From: Saccostrea cucullata
Taxonomy: Eukaryota
Length of the DNA stretch: 64,000 nucleotides
Direction: 5' to 3'
Assembly: GCF_032062105.1 (NCBI RefSeq)
Contig: NW_026937626.1
Span: 1-64,000 of the forward strand
Below, piece by piece: positions 62,439 through 64,000 of this stretch. Numbering within the stretch: position 1 is the stretch's first letter; every line of letters starts with the position of its first letter. The position numbers and the translations under genes are program-made. The notes under the pieces were generated by a model. That model was not told the DNA's origin. It searched no databases and saw nothing but the letters and a program-made list of their open reading frames with translations.

Positions 62439-63351
62439 GAGTTGAAAATCCTTTTAACGCGAGATCAGTACTCGCGCCGATACGAAAAGAGTGAGATTTG
62501 TATCCTGAGATACCAGGCAAATTTAGGTGCTTTACTGCCTTACAAAGTACCCCCGTAAATTGATATCGTGTGAGTGGGGATAAATCGAAGTGTCGAAATA
62601 ATGGACCTGAACCCTCTGGACGGATGTTGACGTATTTAGTAATGAGCTGATATGGACATGCTACACCACCCTGCTTATCTATTTGAAGTACTGTGCCTTT
62701 ACCTAACTGGTCCGTTTTCGAATACCGGATAGTCAGTAAGAGAGATTGCGTTTCGTGATTAATGGACAAATTGTCGAATTGAATTGTGTTTTGTTGATCA
62801 CCTTCTCTTGTATTAACTGTTAATTCGCCAACTCTTAAAAATCCATGAAATGCCAGGGAAAATGCAGCCGAGAAAAGAGCTGTTTCAAAAGCATTGGTAC
62901 ATATTATGGGCAGAACTTGAATAATATTTAGCAAAATTGTTTTCGTTATTGGCAGTCTAGTATCTACTTTATGTCTCAAACGTTTCATGCCCTGCAATAA
63001 CTTTGTAACCAAGAACTCTGGGGTTGGATCGTGAACACTCTGCAATTTACAATAAAATGAAATGGCAGACAAGTATGACCTCACTGTACCATATGCGAGG
63101 CCGGATGATGATGAATGCAAAACGAATTGCACGACTGAGTTTAATGTAGGGGGCCATGGCGTGCAATCAATGAGTCTACATACTTTGTAATATGCTGCCA
63201 TTCCAGCCCGATGAGATTTATGTGTGTTTTCAGATACTGAGGCGTCTAAAAATTTAGCAAACTCAGGCTGGAGATGATGTTGCGGAAAGATAGGGGCACT
63301 GGGCAAGGGTGTTCCCTGGCATGTGGAGCTGCTTGTCGGAATCTGGCCCAC
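62368..63351 (-). CDS. Tyrosine recombinase (phage-integrase family) of the retroelement
   Basis: FHGFLRVGE (R), SKTDQ (K), SHSFRIGA (HxxR), GRWKS and YIR (Y). Confidence 0.95.
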   Translation of the reverse strand: MGQIPTSSSTCQGTPLPSAPIFPQHHLQPEFAKFLDASVSENTHKSHRAGMAAYYKVCRLIDCTPWPPTLNSVVQFVLHSSSSGLAYGTVRSYLSAISFYCKLQSVHDPTPEFLVTKLLQGMKRLRHKVDTRLPITKTILLNIIQVLPIICTNAFETALFSAAFSLAFHGFLRVGELTVNTREGDQQNTIQFDNLSINHETQSLLLTIRYSKTDQLGKGTVLQIDKQGGVACPYQLITKYVNIRPEGSGPLFRHFDLSPLTRYQFTGVLCKAVKHLNLPGISGYKSHSFRIGASTDLALKGFSTHDIQRSGRWKSDSYKSYIRIPKF

Positions 63352-64000
63352 TGCTTACGAGAAATTGAATCAGCAACTACATTGTCTTTACTTGGTATGT
63401 AAACTGCACGAAACAGAATATTATAATTCATAGAAGCAAGGACAAATGGTCTAAGTAGTTTCATGACCCGCTCTGATTTAGAAGTGAGTTTATTTATTAT
63501 AGCGACTACAGCTTGATTGTCTATATGGAGAATGATCTTTTTATTAGCGAGTTTGTTACCCCATAAATAGACGGCCAAGACCACCGGAACTAACTCTAAA
63601 AAGGTCATGTCTTTAAGTAGGTCATTGGACGCCCAGGTCTCTGGCCAAGGGTAAAAACACCATTCCCCTTTGAAATAAGCACCACATCCCAAGTAAGACG
63701 AACCGGAACTATCTGTGTAAAAATTAATGTTGTTGTCTGACGTCCACTCAATATCTAAAAAATACACAGTCCCATTAAATGATTCAAGAAAATTAATCCA
63801 CATGTACAAGTCCTGTCGCATTGATTGAGTTATCCTTATGTGATAATGTAATTCTGAAACTCCTATTGTAGCATTATAAAGCCGACCCAGAAATGCCCTA
63901 CCTGGTCTTATGGCTCTTGTAAAGAAATTCAGTTTACCTAAAACAGATTGTAATTGTTGGAGTGTCATCTTGCGTTGAACAACGAGATGGTGTAAAATAC
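63246..64000 (-). CDS. Reverse transcriptase C-terminus and RNase H (5' part outside the window)
   Basis: LQSVLGKLNF...PGRAFL thumb, and RNase H acidic motifs FYTDSSG, FLELVPV, HIDNQAVV and NVVADSISR. Confidence 0.95.
   Translation of the reverse strand, partial: ILHHLVVQRKMTLQQLQSVLGKLNFFTRAIRPGRAFLGRLYNATIGVSELHYHIRITQSMRQDLYMWINFLESFNGTVYFLDIEWTSDNNINFYTDSSGSSYLGCGAYFKGEWCFYPWPETWASNDLLKDMTFLELVPVVLAVYLWGNKLANKKIILHIDNQAVVAIINKLTSKSERVMKLLRPFVLASMNYNILFRAVYIPSKDNVVADSISRKQWARFRQAAPHAREHPCPVPLSFRNIISSLSLLNF

Larger units (their letters stand above)
60407..64000 (-). mobile_element. Tyrosine-recombinase retrotransposon, Ngaro-like, 3' part (continues past the window)
   Basis: Overlapping intact ORFs RT/RH, YR and SGNH, followed by 381-bp direct repeats (61283-61663 and 60407-60787) around a 495-bp spacer. 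Confidence 0.93.

Overview
AT-rich, intron-rich animal genomic DNA. The repeat families suggest a bivalve, most likely an ostreid oyster (inference). The one clear host gene is a divergent TRPM-family cation channel on the minus strand. I reconstructed 14 phase-compatible exons by hand (57053 to 32502, about 580 codons, MHR4 end, S1-S6, pore, TRP helix, short C-terminus); its 5' exons are not found in the window. The right edge holds a young tyrosine-recombinase retrotransposon (Ngaro/DIRS group) with RT/RNase H, YR and SGNH-hydrolase ORFs and a B-A-B split-direct-repeat end. At 3440-4008 is a three-LTR miniature LTR retrotransposon (TRIM) whose 123-bp LTRs each carry a tRNA-like Pol III cassette, with a tRNA-His PBS and a PPT. 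The window also has a RecQ-like helicase fossil, Meta/Deu-type SINEs (one with a non-tRNA head), an old tandem segmental duplication of about 10 kb with copy-specific insertions, a decayed DIRS-type fragment between identical 393-bp repeats, satellite-bearing Helentron-type elements inverted around one TRPM exon, and several MITEs. Most short ORFs in the track are spurious. All coordinates and alignments were made by eye; no searches were run.
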